Of a DNA stretch of 64,000 bases, positions 51,211 through 64,000 are shown piece after piece (position 1 is the first letter of the stretch; each line of letters begins with the position of its first letter). The DNA comes from Camelus ferus (lineage: Eukaryota), in NCBI RefSeq assembly GCF_009834535.1, contig NC_045697.1:100442001-100506000 (forward strand). Reading direction: 5' to 3'. Below the pieces are notes generated by a model. That model did no database searches. It had not been told where the DNA came from and was given only the letters and a program-made list of their open reading frames with translations. A program made the position numbers and the translations under genes.

Positions 51211-51545
51211 AAAATACCATATGAGATCACTCATATGTGGAATCTAAAAAAAAAAAAAAGCAAAACATAAATACAAAACAGAAACAGACTCTTAGACATA
51301 GAATACAAACTTGTGGTTGCCAAGGAGGCGGGGGGTGGGAAGGGACAGACTGGGACTTCAAAATGTAGAGTAGATAAACAAGATCATACTGTACAGCACA
51401 GGGGAATATATACAAGATCTTGTGGAAGCTCATAGCAAAAAAAAAAATGTGACACTATGTATATGTTCATGTATAACTGAAAAAAGGTGCTCTACACTGG
51501 AATTTGACACAATATCAATAAAAAAATGTAAAAAAATAAGTAAAT
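51211..51545 (+). mobile_element. Young (probably camelid-lineage) L1 3' end with perfect TSD
   Basis: 16-bp perfect TSD aaaagaggaaattata (51195-51210, 51546-51561) at a TTTT/AAAA endonuclease site. Has an L1 3' UTR and A-rich tail. Confidence 0.95.
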
Positions 51546-53647
51546 AAAAGAGGAAATTATAGAAATGGAATGAGCATGTTTAGACACCATTACATTTGGA
51601 ACACAATTTATTTTTCTTTTGGTTACGTGAGGGGTCAGAAGCAGGTTTCCTGACATTAATAGGTAGCCAGAATTTCCTGCCTTTGAAGTTTCATATCTTT
51701 GTTATAATCGCATTAATTCCAACTTAAAATAAATCAACTAACAAAAATTTAACAGGGTCATATTTGTGATCTAGCCTCCCTCCAAATATTTACATATTTC
51801 TGTGTTTGTTAATTGGAATCAGTATTTTCCCAGAAATAGAAATTCACTATGAATTAAGATTTTTGTGCCAAAGAATGGAACCTCCCTCTGGATATTCAAG
51901 ATCATCAAAGAGGATGCTTATGTTTCCATTTTCACCTTTATTATTGTGTCCATATGAAATTACAAGGACATTTAAAAGATTTCAAAGACAGAGGTAAGAG
52001 AAGTAGAATAATGGTAACTTCTCTAAAGCTGTGAATAAAAAGCATTCACTCTGCATTGTGTGATAGAATAATAAGTCATTTTCATTTTAAAACAACTCTG
52101 AACCATGGAGAAGTTCAAGGTTGGGAAACGAAAGGATAGTTTTTCCCTTTCTTTATTGAAAATGTGTGAAGGAACGAATCCTAGAGAATTAAAAAGAAAG
52201 GCAAGGTTGTCACAAACTTCAGAAATAAGGAAGGTCACCTGAAAACCACAGGCAAAGGCTGAAGAGGAGTAACAGGGCTGAGAAATCAGACGGCTGCCTG
52301 GAAGTCAATGTGCCTCTACTCAAAACTGCTGAAGTTAGAGAGTTCCAAACAGAAACAGGATCTCCTCTGGGGGAAGGTGGACCCATATGAGAACAAAGCA
52401 ACCCAAAGGTATTCAAACTGTACTCAAAGTCATTTGAAGCAATAAGTATATTTCAGAAATGTTGTAATCTCCGTTTCGCAAAGAAACCAAAGATGTCGAC
52501 TTGTGGGATAAGAGCACAGCTTTTCTTTCCTGGTGGTTGCGATTAGTGAAGGTCAGTCACACCCACCCTCTCACCTGCTATCAATTTACAAGATGGTCCT
52601 CTGTGGTCAGTGAGAGCACTGAAGCTCTGGGACACACTTCCTTCTTTTATGAGAAGAGGACTGACCTATGGATGGAGCCTCGCTGCCTTGATGATGGATT
52701 TAGCAGATCATAAATCCTTTGGGGACGGGCCATGTATATTCATCTTTCTCTCTGTCTCCGGACTCCTAGTTCAGAATAATTAATTATTTAATATCTGTCT
52801 AATTAATGTGAAAAAAAGTTGGGAGGATTATAGAGAAAAACCTAGTCTCATCTTGTTTTGTAGAGGAGAAACATAAGTGGTTTGTTGTTGGGTAACATTT
52901 TGCCCACCATCTCATGGTGAGTCCTAGAAACTCTAGCAAAGAATGCTTTTCATTTCTGAAAGGAAAGAAGGTGGTAGCTATGGTTGACTTAAAAGGGAGA
53001 CCTTTCATTTTTGTGTGGTATACTTATTTCATAGCCACATGCCTATAAGACCTTTAATAAGCAAATAAAGTAGTGGCATGAAAGGGCATATATCTGAAGT
53101 GAAGGAAAGCTTTCACCTTATTTTAGCATTCACCAGCAATCTTTCTTGAAATCTTCCCTGCCAAGGGGAAATATCACTGAATGAGTAGTGAGAAACCAAA
53201 TAGAAGACGTATTTTTGCTGAAATTTAGTTTTGTTGAAAAATCAATTCAGAATGTGAAAACTTTATTAGGGCTTATAGTATCTCTTCAGCTTGCCTAGAA
53301 TTAGATTTGAAATCCTTGTGTATTAATTTATGCTTGTTAATTATTAGAATTTAATGAAATTCTTCTGAAATAATATCACAGCTTCTCACTTGGAAGTGTG
53401 GCGTTTTCAGGCTTGCTTTATTTTTTAATCTCTCTTTATTAAACAAGAAGTGAACTAATCCTTCAAATCATTTTTTTTTCTTTCTGCTAATGGATATATA
53501 CTCAATGCTAATAAAAGTTATTATTCTCTAGATAATATGTCCAAGTTTATACATGTCATCATAATTATAAATCCATATTAAATATGAAATGATCATGCAT
53601 GAACATGCAAAATGATCAGATATGTCTACTGAAACATGTACGTGTTT

Positions 53648-53810
53648 GCATTTATGAATACTATGTTCCAGCCTCTGTCCTAGATTTTTTTATATACATA
53701 ACTTTAATTTACTCTTTACAACACCTTTTTTGTATGTGTAGTTATTTCCATTTTATAGATGAAAAACCTGTGGCTGAGATAAGTTAAATAAGTTGCTTGG
53801 AAATCAACCA
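53648..53810 (-). mobile_element. MIR SINE
   Basis: 'gcatttatgaatactatgttccagcctctg...ttccattttatagatgaaaaacctgtggctgagataagttaaataagttgc'. Confidence 0.8.
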
Positions 53811-54739
53811 TCAAAGCTGTGATGTAGCCTTTCTTAAAATAAATCTTTTTAACCAGGCTATATTCCTTTTACAAGGCCAAAATATGTAGATAAGAACTGA
53901 AAAAAATGCAAGGAAATAAAATTATCACTACTCTAAAAAAGCAGGTCCTGATAACCAAAAATGAATACCCTTAAAACATCTGACTTCCAACTTCCTATGT
54001 TCCACAGTAGCTTCTTCTCTTCCTATTTATTTGCCCTTCTGTCCTGTGATCTTAATAATCTTTTTCCTGTTGCCACGGGGTCATCAGAGCAACTGACATG
54101 GACAAGACAAGAGAATAACAGGATCTAAGGGCAATTAGGTCCTCACCCATGAAAGACAAGTTCAGAGAGAAATAGACATGATGGAAATGAATATTGCACA
54201 TGATGGGAAAAGCTTAGCAGCTGTCATAATGGTGAAAGGGATGGCTGGGGTGGAGATGGTGAGTTGAAAGATTCTATTTATGTGTATATCCACACATATC
54301 AAATGATTTACGTTTTTGTCTTTATTGGATGGGCCACTGGGGGAAAAAAATGAGATTGGTTGTGCTCTGTCAGTTTTGTTGCCAGATCAGATTAGATGGT
54401 ATCACAAACAGGAAGATAAAGCCCCTTCAAGGTCTACGGCTCCTTGTCAGTCACATGCTGAGTTTTTAATATGTTCTCTTGCAAGCGAATTATCATGGTT
54501 CAAAAAAATGAGAGAAATGAAATGACATCCTGTTAAAGTCAAGATGGAAGGACCATATCAATGAGTCTGAAAGGTGAAGGATAAAGTGAACAGGAGATAT
54601 GAGACCAGAGACGATGGTGTGCTATAGTTTGCAAAAATGTCAAAGAATAATCTTCGGAACATAGATCGGAGGACTGTGGCATAATGGGTGAGGGGTCTCT
54701 GCGCTCCCACTGCCAATACACTCTACCAATTGCATTCAG

Positions 54740-54900
54740 AGACCTGGGGAATGTTGCTTAACCTTTCTGGCTGCAATTTCCGCACCTAAAACGGGTTTAA
54801 TCATAATTATTGTGATAATAGAATGAACTAATTTATGTTAAGTGTTCGGGCAAAGCCAAGCATATAATAAATGCTCTATAACTATTTGCCATTTTCATTA
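54740..54900 (+). mobile_element. MIR SINE
   Basis: 'gacctggggaatgttgcttaacctttctggctgcaatttcc...ttaagtgttcgggcaaagccaagcatataataaatgctc'. Confidence 0.72.
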
Positions 54901-55834
54901 AGATCAGGAGGAAGTAGCCTGGGACAAAAACAGGCTCGTGTCATACCGTGAGAAATTAATGTCAGGGAGAAGGCTTTCTCTAGGGCTGCTGAATGAGCAG
55001 AGGCCTGTTTTATCTTTTCCCCTGCAGAGTCACTGCATAGATTGAAAAGAAAGGGATTTAAACAGTTGATGGCTCAGTATATCAAGCCTATTGGTCTTTC
55101 AGAATATGTCCACTTCAGTGGTTTATTTGAAAAAAAAAAAGCAAGTACTGTGATTAACTGAAGATAAATTACTTTTCAAAGTAATATCTGCTTACTGTGA
55201 TAGTAAAAACAAACCCTGACACTTTGGGAGTATTTTTAGTACTTTCCGGGAGGTTATTTAGACACACACACATGCACACCACTACCACAACTACCACACT
55301 TACTCCATTTACCATTCCCTGTAGAGGGGTAATTTGGTTCAACTGTAAATGTAAATTCTTCTCAGGAGAGATGTTGATACTGGTCAAAACTTCTAATAAA
55401 ATTAAACATTCTTTTGTCTCCCATTGTCATTATTTATGGGACTTTTGACACTAAAGAATTACTAAATCACTCTCCAAAGACCCACTTTGTCATTAGCAGC
55501 TGCCATCTGTAAGTATTGTGCTTGGCTGCTTTTAGTAAGTATGGTAAAGAAAAAAAAGGAGTATTACTTGGGCTTTTGCAGGCAGAAAACAACATAGACT
55601 TGATTTTAAGGAATGAGGATGAGTGATCTTTAAGGTCTACCGGTTGCCTGGTTTTGGATCTGTCTACTCCAAGACAGCAATAAAAGGATACTCTATGGAA
55701 AACTTCCTTTCACTTGTTCATTTTCATTGATGTGCATCTTTTGTGTAGGTAAAACTATTCTGTGCATTTATAATGAAAAACTTATGCACATGAAGAGAAA
55801 GAAAGAAAAGAATTGGATTGGAATTAAGAACGTG

Positions 55835-56265
55835 ACCACTTCCATCATGCCTACTGCTACCTCCCAATTCCAGCCATCACCATCCCTGGCCAGGATTATG
55901 ATGATAGCTGGGCCCCTGGCCCCTCCGTCTATGTTTCTCTCTCAGACTCTGCTCTCAATACAGCTGCCTTTAAAGGTAGGTCATGTCCTCTGCTCTAAAC
56001 TTCCCGTGTGACAGAGTAAAACTCAGAGACCATACTGAGGTCCTGGCAACTCCTGATCACTTCTTCTACCTCTTCCCCCTCATTCCTCCCCCCAGCCTCA
56101 CAGGCTTTGTTGCTATTTATGCTCTTTGCACACCATTCCCACAGGTATCCATATGCTTTACTCTCTCACAGCCCTTAGGTCTTTATCTATGTGCCATCTT
56201 ATCAAAAAAGCCTTCCTTGACCACTCTGTATATGATAGCACACCCTGCAATTATTTCTTCTTGAC
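55835..56265 (+). mobile_element. L2 fragment
   Basis: 'ccacttccatcatgcctactgctacc...ccagccatcaccatc...tcatgtcctctgctctaaac...agagtaaaactcaga...gccttccttgaccactct'. Confidence 0.7.
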
Positions 56266-56562
56266 TTAACGTCCCCTAATGAAATGGAGCTAGTTGTTGT
56301 ATATTCTCCATCACGTGGTAGGGGAGTAACACCTAGAGCTGTGCAATGTTCCTACAGGGGTTCTGACTGTGAACGGTAATTTTGATAGTATCTACTAAAA
56401 TTTTTTAAATTGCATATATTCTATGACATAGTATGTCCAATGCCTGGCAACTTTTGCAGACAAGAGGATTTTCACTAAAGTGTTGTTTGTCATGCAGTGA
56501 CTGAAGAAATTATAGTGTTACCACCCTATAGAGCACAATGTGGCAGTCTAAAATAAATGAGG

Positions 56563-56805
56563 ATTTATTTTATATCTTTTTTATTTTTTATATTTTTAAT
56601 ATTTCTCTTATATTTTACTTAAATATTTTGTTTATTTATATTTGTTATTTATATATTTATTTTATGTTTTATATATTTTGTATATTATTTTATTTATATA
56701 ACATATTTATTTTATTTGTATTTTATTTAATCTATATGGTGTATCATTTTCATATTTTATTTCTGATATATATTTTTTCTTTCATATTTTTATTTTATAT
56801 TTCTA
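56563..56805. repeat. AT-rich low-complexity tract (degenerate TA/TTTA repeats)
   Basis: Almost entirely T/A over about 240 bp. Confidence 0.9.
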
Positions 56806-57449
56806 CATGTATAAATGAAATAGTATAAATAGCTTTCTGTATGTAATGTGTGTAAATTTGTCTTCCTTTATACCACTCTTTGCTTGCCTAATCCAAATAT
56901 AGCTCTCTTTTCCTGTCTCATTTTTCCTTCATTTCTTTCACATTTTTTCCTATTCCTTTTCTTCTATGTCCAAATTCAGACCCCTAAAATAGTTATGCAA
57001 TACATTGAAGAAAATTTATTATTTATTGTATTTACTAAAGAAGGTTTAAAGTTTCTGTGCTTAATTTCCAAAGCCAGAATCTAACAGTTTGTTTCTATGT
57101 CCAGAACAAAGAAAAGAAAAATAACAACAGTAAAATCTTTTGTGTCTTATTTGTGTGAAATTCCAGTTTGCTTTCTCCTGTGGGCTTTGATTGAAAGAAA
57201 AAAAATCCTAGAGCTGGTTTATGCCTTTTCCTCTTTTTCCCCTTATACTACCTTAATCTATAACTAACAAGCAAACAAAAATTCAGAACGAGAAATTACA
57301 GAGTAGGCATGTCCAAGAAACATTATTTATGCAAAGATCTAAAACAATTTCTTTGTAGGTAAAAATCCAAACCACATGTTGCTGCCATAGATTTCAAGAG
57401 TATCTATACATTTCTAGTTTTCCAAGCTCTCCTGGTTCTCTTCATATGA

Positions 57450-57600
57450 ATATTCATTTATTCAACAATTATTTATTGAGCACATTCTATGTATCTTAAG
57501 GTGTTTTAGGTGCTAAGGAAGCAAAACAGAAAAATAAAAAACCCTACTCTTTCCTACAGAAGAGTGACAGTGGTGAATCTGATGAGCAACTAATATATAT
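57450..57600 (-). mobile_element. L2 3' end
   Basis: 'attcatttattcaacaattatttattgagcacattctatgta...ttttaggtgctaagga'. Confidence 0.75.
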
Positions 57601-57779
57601 TTTTACTTAAATCGTTTCATGTGTGGTATTATTAGGAGGTAATCTATGCTATGGGAGAAATATAACATACAGTCATGAGGATAGAGGTGGGGAAGGAATG
57701 AAGTTGCTCAAGCTTCTGCCATCCCATGGCCTTCAAGGAAAGGGGAGATCTTGGAAGGAGCAGAAGAGGTGGGAGAGAA

Positions 57780-57985
57780 TGCTCATTCTTTAGAAAGGTG
57801 GAATCGGAAATTGCAGTCATTTCCACTCACGTTTTTTTGGCCAGAACCTAGTCACATGGACTGGCAGTGAGGAAGGCTGGGAAATACTGTCTTCAGTTCT
57901 GAGACTATGTCCCCTGCTGAAACTTCTCTTGCTGTAGGAGAAAGGAGAACAGATATTGAGGGGGCAACTAGTCATTTTTGCTGTT
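57780..57985 (-). mobile_element. MLT1I/J-like LTR fragment
   Basis: 'ttggccagaacctagtcacatgga...ggaaggctgggaaatactgtctt...agatattgagggggcaactag'. Confidence 0.7.
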
Positions 57986-59819
57986 AGCAAACAGCACATC
58001 AGAGGGACAAAGATGGGAGAGGAAAAGGAGTAAACATGCTTGTTGAAAACATGCGTGCTACCTATGCTATTTTAAAACTAATGTGTTCTAAGCAGAGCAT
58101 CCTTTAAAGAGTAAAATCCATATGGCTTACCTTTTACCAGAGGTCTGAAAACATCCTTTATAAATAATCTGGCAACATCCCTCCCACCTCTCCATCACGT
58201 CTTAAGGTAAATTCCTCCTCTTCTCCACTGAGTGTACCAGAGCCTTGCAGTCAAAGGAATCTCAATAGCAGGTGCAGAACTAAGTTTGTGGAGCCAAGTG
58301 TCTTAAAATACTGTGTTCAAATCCTCTTTAATTCTTCATAGATAATTATGCTTGCCACACCTTTTCTCCAGAGATAGTGCCTTAGAAGAGTAAAGCAGCA
58401 ATATTTCCTCTCTGTATCGTCAGGACTCCAACAGCCAGGGTCCTCTTTTCCCTTCCTTCTCCTGTTGTCCTACTCCTTTTTGTTTTGCCTTCTTAACTTC
58501 TCTGTTTATCTTCTTTTTTTATTCCAATTTTTTCATTCTCTCAATTTTAAAATTCTTGAATGTATCCAATTTCATTTTTATAGTGGATTTTATTTGCACA
58601 ATGGAAGCCAGTAAAGATATATACACACATACATATGTATTATTTCAATATGCAGAAAGCATAGAATTAGTATAAATTATATTTAGATGTGTTTTAAAGA
58701 GTAAGATTAAAATTAGGATCAGGTAAGATTAAAATAAGTTCTATGATATGATAAATTCATATGCCGTTTTTTTGACACATATTTAAATGTCAGCATATTT
58801 GTTCACAGCTGGATTTCAGGTTTTTGGCTAGCAATTCAGTTACATAATAAATTACACTGGCCATAATCAAACATATCTATAATTAGGGTTCTCTGTAAAT
58901 ATCATGGTTTTTATTTTCTCCAGTATCTGGAGATGCTCTTTTCCCTCTGAACTTGCCACATTAACTGAATCTTTCCAATGAGATACCAAAGTGAACTTCT
59001 TATCACGGCCATTAATTTATTATCATATTATTAACATAATTATAATCTTTCTAGCACCCGAAGTCCTTTCAGTTTGTTCCTTCTTTTCTCCCCAAATTTA
59101 AAAGTTTGCGTTTGACATAAAGGCTGGCATTCCTGACACCCTGGGAGATTTTGCATGTTAATGAAGGAATAATCTAGATTTAAAAAGTTACTTAGGAAAT
59201 GAATCATATTTGTGACTCTATTGTCTAGACTCTTTAATGCTATGCTTTTATCTGTCTGGAAAGATTAGGAATTGTGACTCCAAACATATGAGAGCTTTAC
59301 TAAAAGCAATGGCTGGCTCGCTCTCTCTCTTTCAATTGCTTGGTATCTTTTTCCAATAAGATCTTGCTCTTTGTGTCTTGCCTTGTTCAGGTCTTCTTCT
59401 CCCTCTGTTATTCCCTCCCTCACTCCATGTCTTCATTCTTTTCTTTCTTCCTTTCTCCTTCCATTCATCTTTATTCTTCCATGTGTGCCTAATTTTGTTC
59501 TAAAGACTAGAACTACTAAACTCTCAGTGAACAAACATAAAACAAAGCAGCTCTTAGGAACAGGTGGATTAAAATCTGTTTGACTATCTTATACTACCTT
59601 ATTAACCCCCTTGAAGGTACTGTGATTTTTATTTTACTAGTTTCAATTACACTCACATACATTTGAAAAGGAGATATTATGTACATGAGACAGGTCATTT
59701 CTCCAGTCTAGAGACAATGCTTTATTAGAAGATTGCTTGTAATAATTCTGTGCTCAAATCTCTCCTCTCCCACCCACCAGACTGGTTTATGAGCCACAAA
59801 TTACAAATCAATGATCCAG

Positions 59820-60140
59820 CCAGGACAGCAAACCATGTCTAGAAGGCCAAAAAGAGCTAGCTTTTCTACAGCCCACAAGATAAGAACATTTTTATATTTG
59901 AAAATGGTTGAAAAAAAATCAAAAGAAGAATACTCTTTGGTGACATGTAAAAATTATGTGAAATTCAAATGTCAGTGTCCATAAATCAAGTTTTATTGGA
60001 GCACAGCCATTGTAAATATAGTGTCTTTGTCTGTTTCCCCCTATAACAGCAAAGTGGAATAGTTGCAACACAGAAGATATTGTCCACAAAGCCTAAATGT
60101 TTACTATCTGGTCCTTTACAGGAGAAGTTTGCCAGTCCTT
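59820..60140 (-). mobile_element. MER58B (hAT-Charlie)
   Basis: 'aaaatcaaaagaagaata...tgacatgtaaaaattatgtgaaattcaaatgtcagtgtccataaatcaagttttattggagcacagcc...aaagcctaaatgtttactatctggtcctttacag'. Confidence 0.88.
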
Positions 60141-62786
60141 CAGCTAGGCTTCATTGTAAACATAAAAAAAAAATCATAACATCTGAGTAATTGGGAGTTG
60201 GTATTTTCTATCGACTATAGAAAATTCACTAAAAGAAGTTGGAGTTAATTACAGAATAGTATGTGGGGTTTTTTTTAAGACAGAAAATTCATATTAAAAT
60301 AAGGAAAGAAACAAAATCACTTCTGCATTTGTGTAGGATATGAACTTTGAAGCGTTCACAGAGGATGCATAAGGCTGCCTCACCAGGCACCTTTAGCTGC
60401 AAGCTACTAGGTTCTTCTTTGAAGGCTTTTTGGCACATACCTGCAGAGCTGGAGAATTTTCTAGAAAACTAAATCTAGAGTCTCTTCCTCACCATTGAAG
60501 TCTTTGGTGCTCAGAACATTGTTGCAACATTCAGTTTTTCTTTTTCTTTTCCTTATTTCGCCATTTTCTTTTACTAAATTGTTGATTATTTTCTTATGTT
60601 TATAGATTCTTAACATTGCCAGCCAAGAACATTTGGAATTTTTTCTTTTTATTTTGGTTGTCACCAACTTAGTTCTATGATGTAAAGATACCCACTATTT
60701 GGATGACGAAAATGATAAAGAATCCATTCACTGGAAGAATTTAAACTTTTGACCAAACTGGCCAATGTGCAGCTAGAAACCTGATGCTAATAAATCAAAG
60801 TGTATTTTCCTCTTTTTTGTGGTATTAGGTGTTATTCTGATACATACATACATACAGATTGTATATATATGTATATGCTTGTCAACCATGGGCAGCAGGC
60901 TTGCTTACATAGTAGTAGGAAGCAAAGAGATTATTTTTATGGAAGCAACAATCAACTAACAAGTAACTACTGAATTCCCACAGGAAATGAACTAATGAAC
61001 TGTTTATATGGCCAAAATCGCTTCTGGCGAACAGGCACAGTGACTCACTTTATGAGACTGTGAATTTTGGGGAACAGTTTGGAAAGCCAACAGCTCAGCC
61101 AGAAAGATTCAGATTAGCTGAATGTTGTTTAAGGGAAATCTTACTGAATGTAATCAGATATGAGAAGCTGAAATTAATATAGTTAGATAGTTCCATTTTC
61201 CCTAGACCAATCGTGAGACTGCTTTTCACACAAAGAAGATGATCGTGCTGGTGTGACCCACTAAGGTAAAATCAAGGGCAGTTTGAAGCTCAAAGCAGGC
61301 TGCTCCCAGCCAGATGCTGCTTCATGCCTTCTCAGCTACCCAGGGGGAAGAAGGGATCGATATCAACTTGACACCTTGGTCGGGGAGCTCTGGGCTGGAG
61401 ATGTGGCATTAAACGGACTGTATCTCAACCCGTGTATGAAGCTTTCTCTGACTAATTCTGTTTATATAGAACCCGCCTTTTTCTGAATCTCTCTAATAGA
61501 CTGTCTGTATCAGACAACTGGCAGTAAAAATGATAAGTAGTCTTAAAATATCCTCTAGTTGTTTAACGAGTGTATTTCTCATCCCCCAATTGACAATAAA
61601 ATCTCCCGGCGAGCAGTGATTATGTTTTTCATGTCCTCCGAAGTATACAGCACATGCTGGGCAAAGAAAAGGAATTTATTTCACTTATTTATTATTTATA
61701 CCCTATTTCCAGAAAAGATTTGAGCTGGCTAATAATAATAGACATAATAGGACCATTAAAGTAATGATTTTAAAAAAGCAAAAATAAGAACCATAATGCC
61801 CATGGAAATGATTACACCGTAAGCTCTAGGGCATTTTGCCACAGAATTTAGTGCTGAGTTTCCTAAGAAAAGGGCTCAAGAGAGCATGCGGTGTCCCTAG
61901 GTGCTGGCTGTAACTCATGGGTCCCCTGGGGTCTCTGCCTCCTGTGCCGTGGTTGCCTTAGTCTGGGTCTGGCTGGACACCCTTTGGGGCTTTGCTCTTT
62001 TGTTATGAAAGGAACCTAAGAGCAGCCTAGAAGGTGGAGAAACGTCAGTTTGCTGGTAGATGGCACCTGACGAGCTATGGGGCATTTAATTTGAATTTCT
62101 AAGGGGAGAAGCCTCAGGTCCAGCTGGCTCACTGCTTCCAAATCTTTCATTTTTCTGTCTTTCTATAGGCCTGAAACAAATGCGGAAGCGTGAAGAATTA
62201 TTCAGCCCTCATCAAACTAAAAATAAAAGTATGGGAGTTTACCAGGAAGAACTAAGTTGTCTCTAATATTGAATTCAAGACTCCTTTATTGCAAGTAGAA
62301 ATACTACCCATACTTTTCTGACATAGTCTTACTGTCACTGTAGATAGTCAACTAAAATCCTCCTTTAACATAGTTCCCCCAAAGAATACTGCATGATCTA
62401 ATGGACAAATACTTGAACGTGAGTTCTATTTAAGATACAGCATTGCTCTTTGGGGGACTAAGGTCAACCTTTCAAATTACAGTTCTGTAAGGAATGGCCA
62501 TGAAGAAACAAAGCAAAGAAATCAAGGGGTTGGAGCTTTCTGATCTATAATTTCTTACATACCAGAACCTGGAGAACCTCAGGGTTAGCGTGCGCATCCT
62601 TGAGATTACTCCTTTCAAGTGCAAATTGTGGTTTCTGAGAGAATACAGGCTCTAGGTTAATTCAGTAAGCCTTACCCAGCTTTTAGCCCAACATTCTTGC
62701 TAAGATGAAATAGGAGGCAATTCAGAGTTTTAGATGCTCAGTGAGTCCTCAAGGTGCAAGTACTTACTTACTATTATTGATTTAAA

Positions 62787-62890
62787 TTGGGGTCAACATA
62801 CTGTTTCCTGTGAGGGGCAGATAGTAAATATTTTAGGCTTTGGGGTCATAAGTCTCTGTCGCAACTACCCAACTCTGCTGTTTTAGTAGG
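62787..62890 (+). mobile_element. MER58A 5' fragment (hAT-Charlie)
   Basis: 'ggggtcaaca...tttcctgtgaggggcagatagtaaatattttaggcttt...gtctctgtcgcaactacccaactctgc'. Confidence 0.82.
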
Positions 62891-62929
62891 AGGATGGTGT
62901 CGTGGGAAAGGAGGGGACTCTGCTGTGCA

Positions 62930-63030
62930 TATTTCATTTGTTTTCACTCTGACTGCAATCTTACGAGATTTATATGATGATATGCCATTTTATACACAAG
63001 GAAACTGAGCAACAGAGCTCTAGAGCAATC
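62930..63030 (-). mobile_element. MIR fragment
   Basis: 'gccattttatacacaaggaaactgagc' reverse core. Confidence 0.6.
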
Positions 63031-64000
63031 CAAGAATTTAAACACTCCTGTGGAGCTCTCTGTGGTTGGATCTGACTTGATCAACTCTGTTTTCCTTGGT
63101 GAATATTTTCCCACATTTATTTTGAGATTAAGAATTGTCTCCTACACTCTAATAGATGTCTGGCCAACAGTAGTCTTCTCACAGAAGACACCGTGTTCTC
63201 ACAAGAGAAGCTAATGGCTTGATTTCTTTTTTATTATTATGAATTATTTAAGGTTTGTCTAACATAGGTGAGATTCTAGGGGACTTTCTCATTAATGGCT
63301 CACTTAATTTTATGTATGAGCTTACGAGCCTTTTATCAGCTTAACTCCATGAGTGTTTCTACCTTTGCAGAGTGAGAGTTTTCTATGCTTCACCTTCTCA
63401 TCCCTGTACTGTCTTGCCTGGAATGCTCCCGTATTCATTCATCCAACGGACATGTTTATAGTGTTGTGTGAATCATCTGTGAACCTTTAACCCGGGGTCA
63501 GTGCCTTGACCCCCCAGCCAGTCCTGGACACAGTCGTCTCCTGAATACTCCCCAGCTCTCTCCATGACTGCTTTCACGGTCAAGCCCCTCTGACTACTTT
63601 CCTCTGGTTTAGCAAACTCCTCCTCTTCCTCCATACAGCCTTTCACAGATTTGGGCAAGGATTTAAGCATCTGCATCCCATCATGGTAACTTCCTCATTG
63701 TAAGGAATATGAGCCATCAAAATAATTGCTAAAGAAAAGCCTGTCAATTCATACAGCAGAAGGAAAATAAAATGTTTTTCCAATACACCCCAAGGCTAGG
63801 ACAAGAACTCAGCAGGCAGCAGTGCTAATCAAAACAGACCTTCTGCCATGTTGGGAAAAGGGAGGAACAGACTTCCCACCTGCAGTGCTCTTCAGAACGA
63901 AAATTCAACTCTCTGATGGAGACATCTTCCTACCATAGTTGTGTGGGTAATGTCTTGGAAATAGAGTGAAAAACCTCAGACACTTGATATGTAAAATGAG

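Noticed and set aside
55028..55140. Acceptor at 55027 followed by an open frame
   Set aside because: There is no convincing donor, and the frame runs through an A tract.
56538..56828. Hydrophobic 96-aa ORF resembling a membrane protein
   Set aside because: It is the translation of an AT-only low-complexity tract.
58701..58735. 13-bp direct repeat gtaagattaaaat with a 9-bp spacer
   Set aside because: Only two short AT-rich copies; an ordinary micro-duplication.
61675..61880. Possible ancient LINE (L4-like) remnant
   Set aside because: The resemblance is too weak to assign without an HMM search.
1..64000. CRISPR array, operon, defence system or other novel multi-gene system
   Set aside because: There are no regularly spaced repeat-spacer arrays, long ORFs or gene clusters. 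The content is typical mammalian non-coding DNA.

Overview
This window is AT-rich, CpG-poor, repeat-dense mammalian DNA that looks intronic or intergenic. Three tRNA-derived SINEs of Vic-1 type and cetartiodactyl-type L1 3' ends suggest a camelid genome (inference). I can support no protein-coding gene; the listed ORFs are short, chance or repeat-derived. There are no rRNA or true tRNA genes, CRISPR arrays or prokaryote-type systems. Recognisable content is mostly transposon relics: L1, L2, MIR, Vic-1, MaLR/ERVL/ERV1 LTRs, a decayed ERV-L provirus, and Tigger and hAT elements. The best leads are a MER41-like solo LTR with a GAS (STAT) motif pair, a tail-less internal L1 ORF2 fragment flanked by a perfect target-site duplication (TSD), other atypical micro-insertions, and a few candidate spliced exons of an unidentified transcript. 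Family names come from my recall of consensus sequences and need RepeatMasker/Dfam confirmation. Boundaries without a TSD or terminal repeat are approximate. I found no convincing novel biological system.
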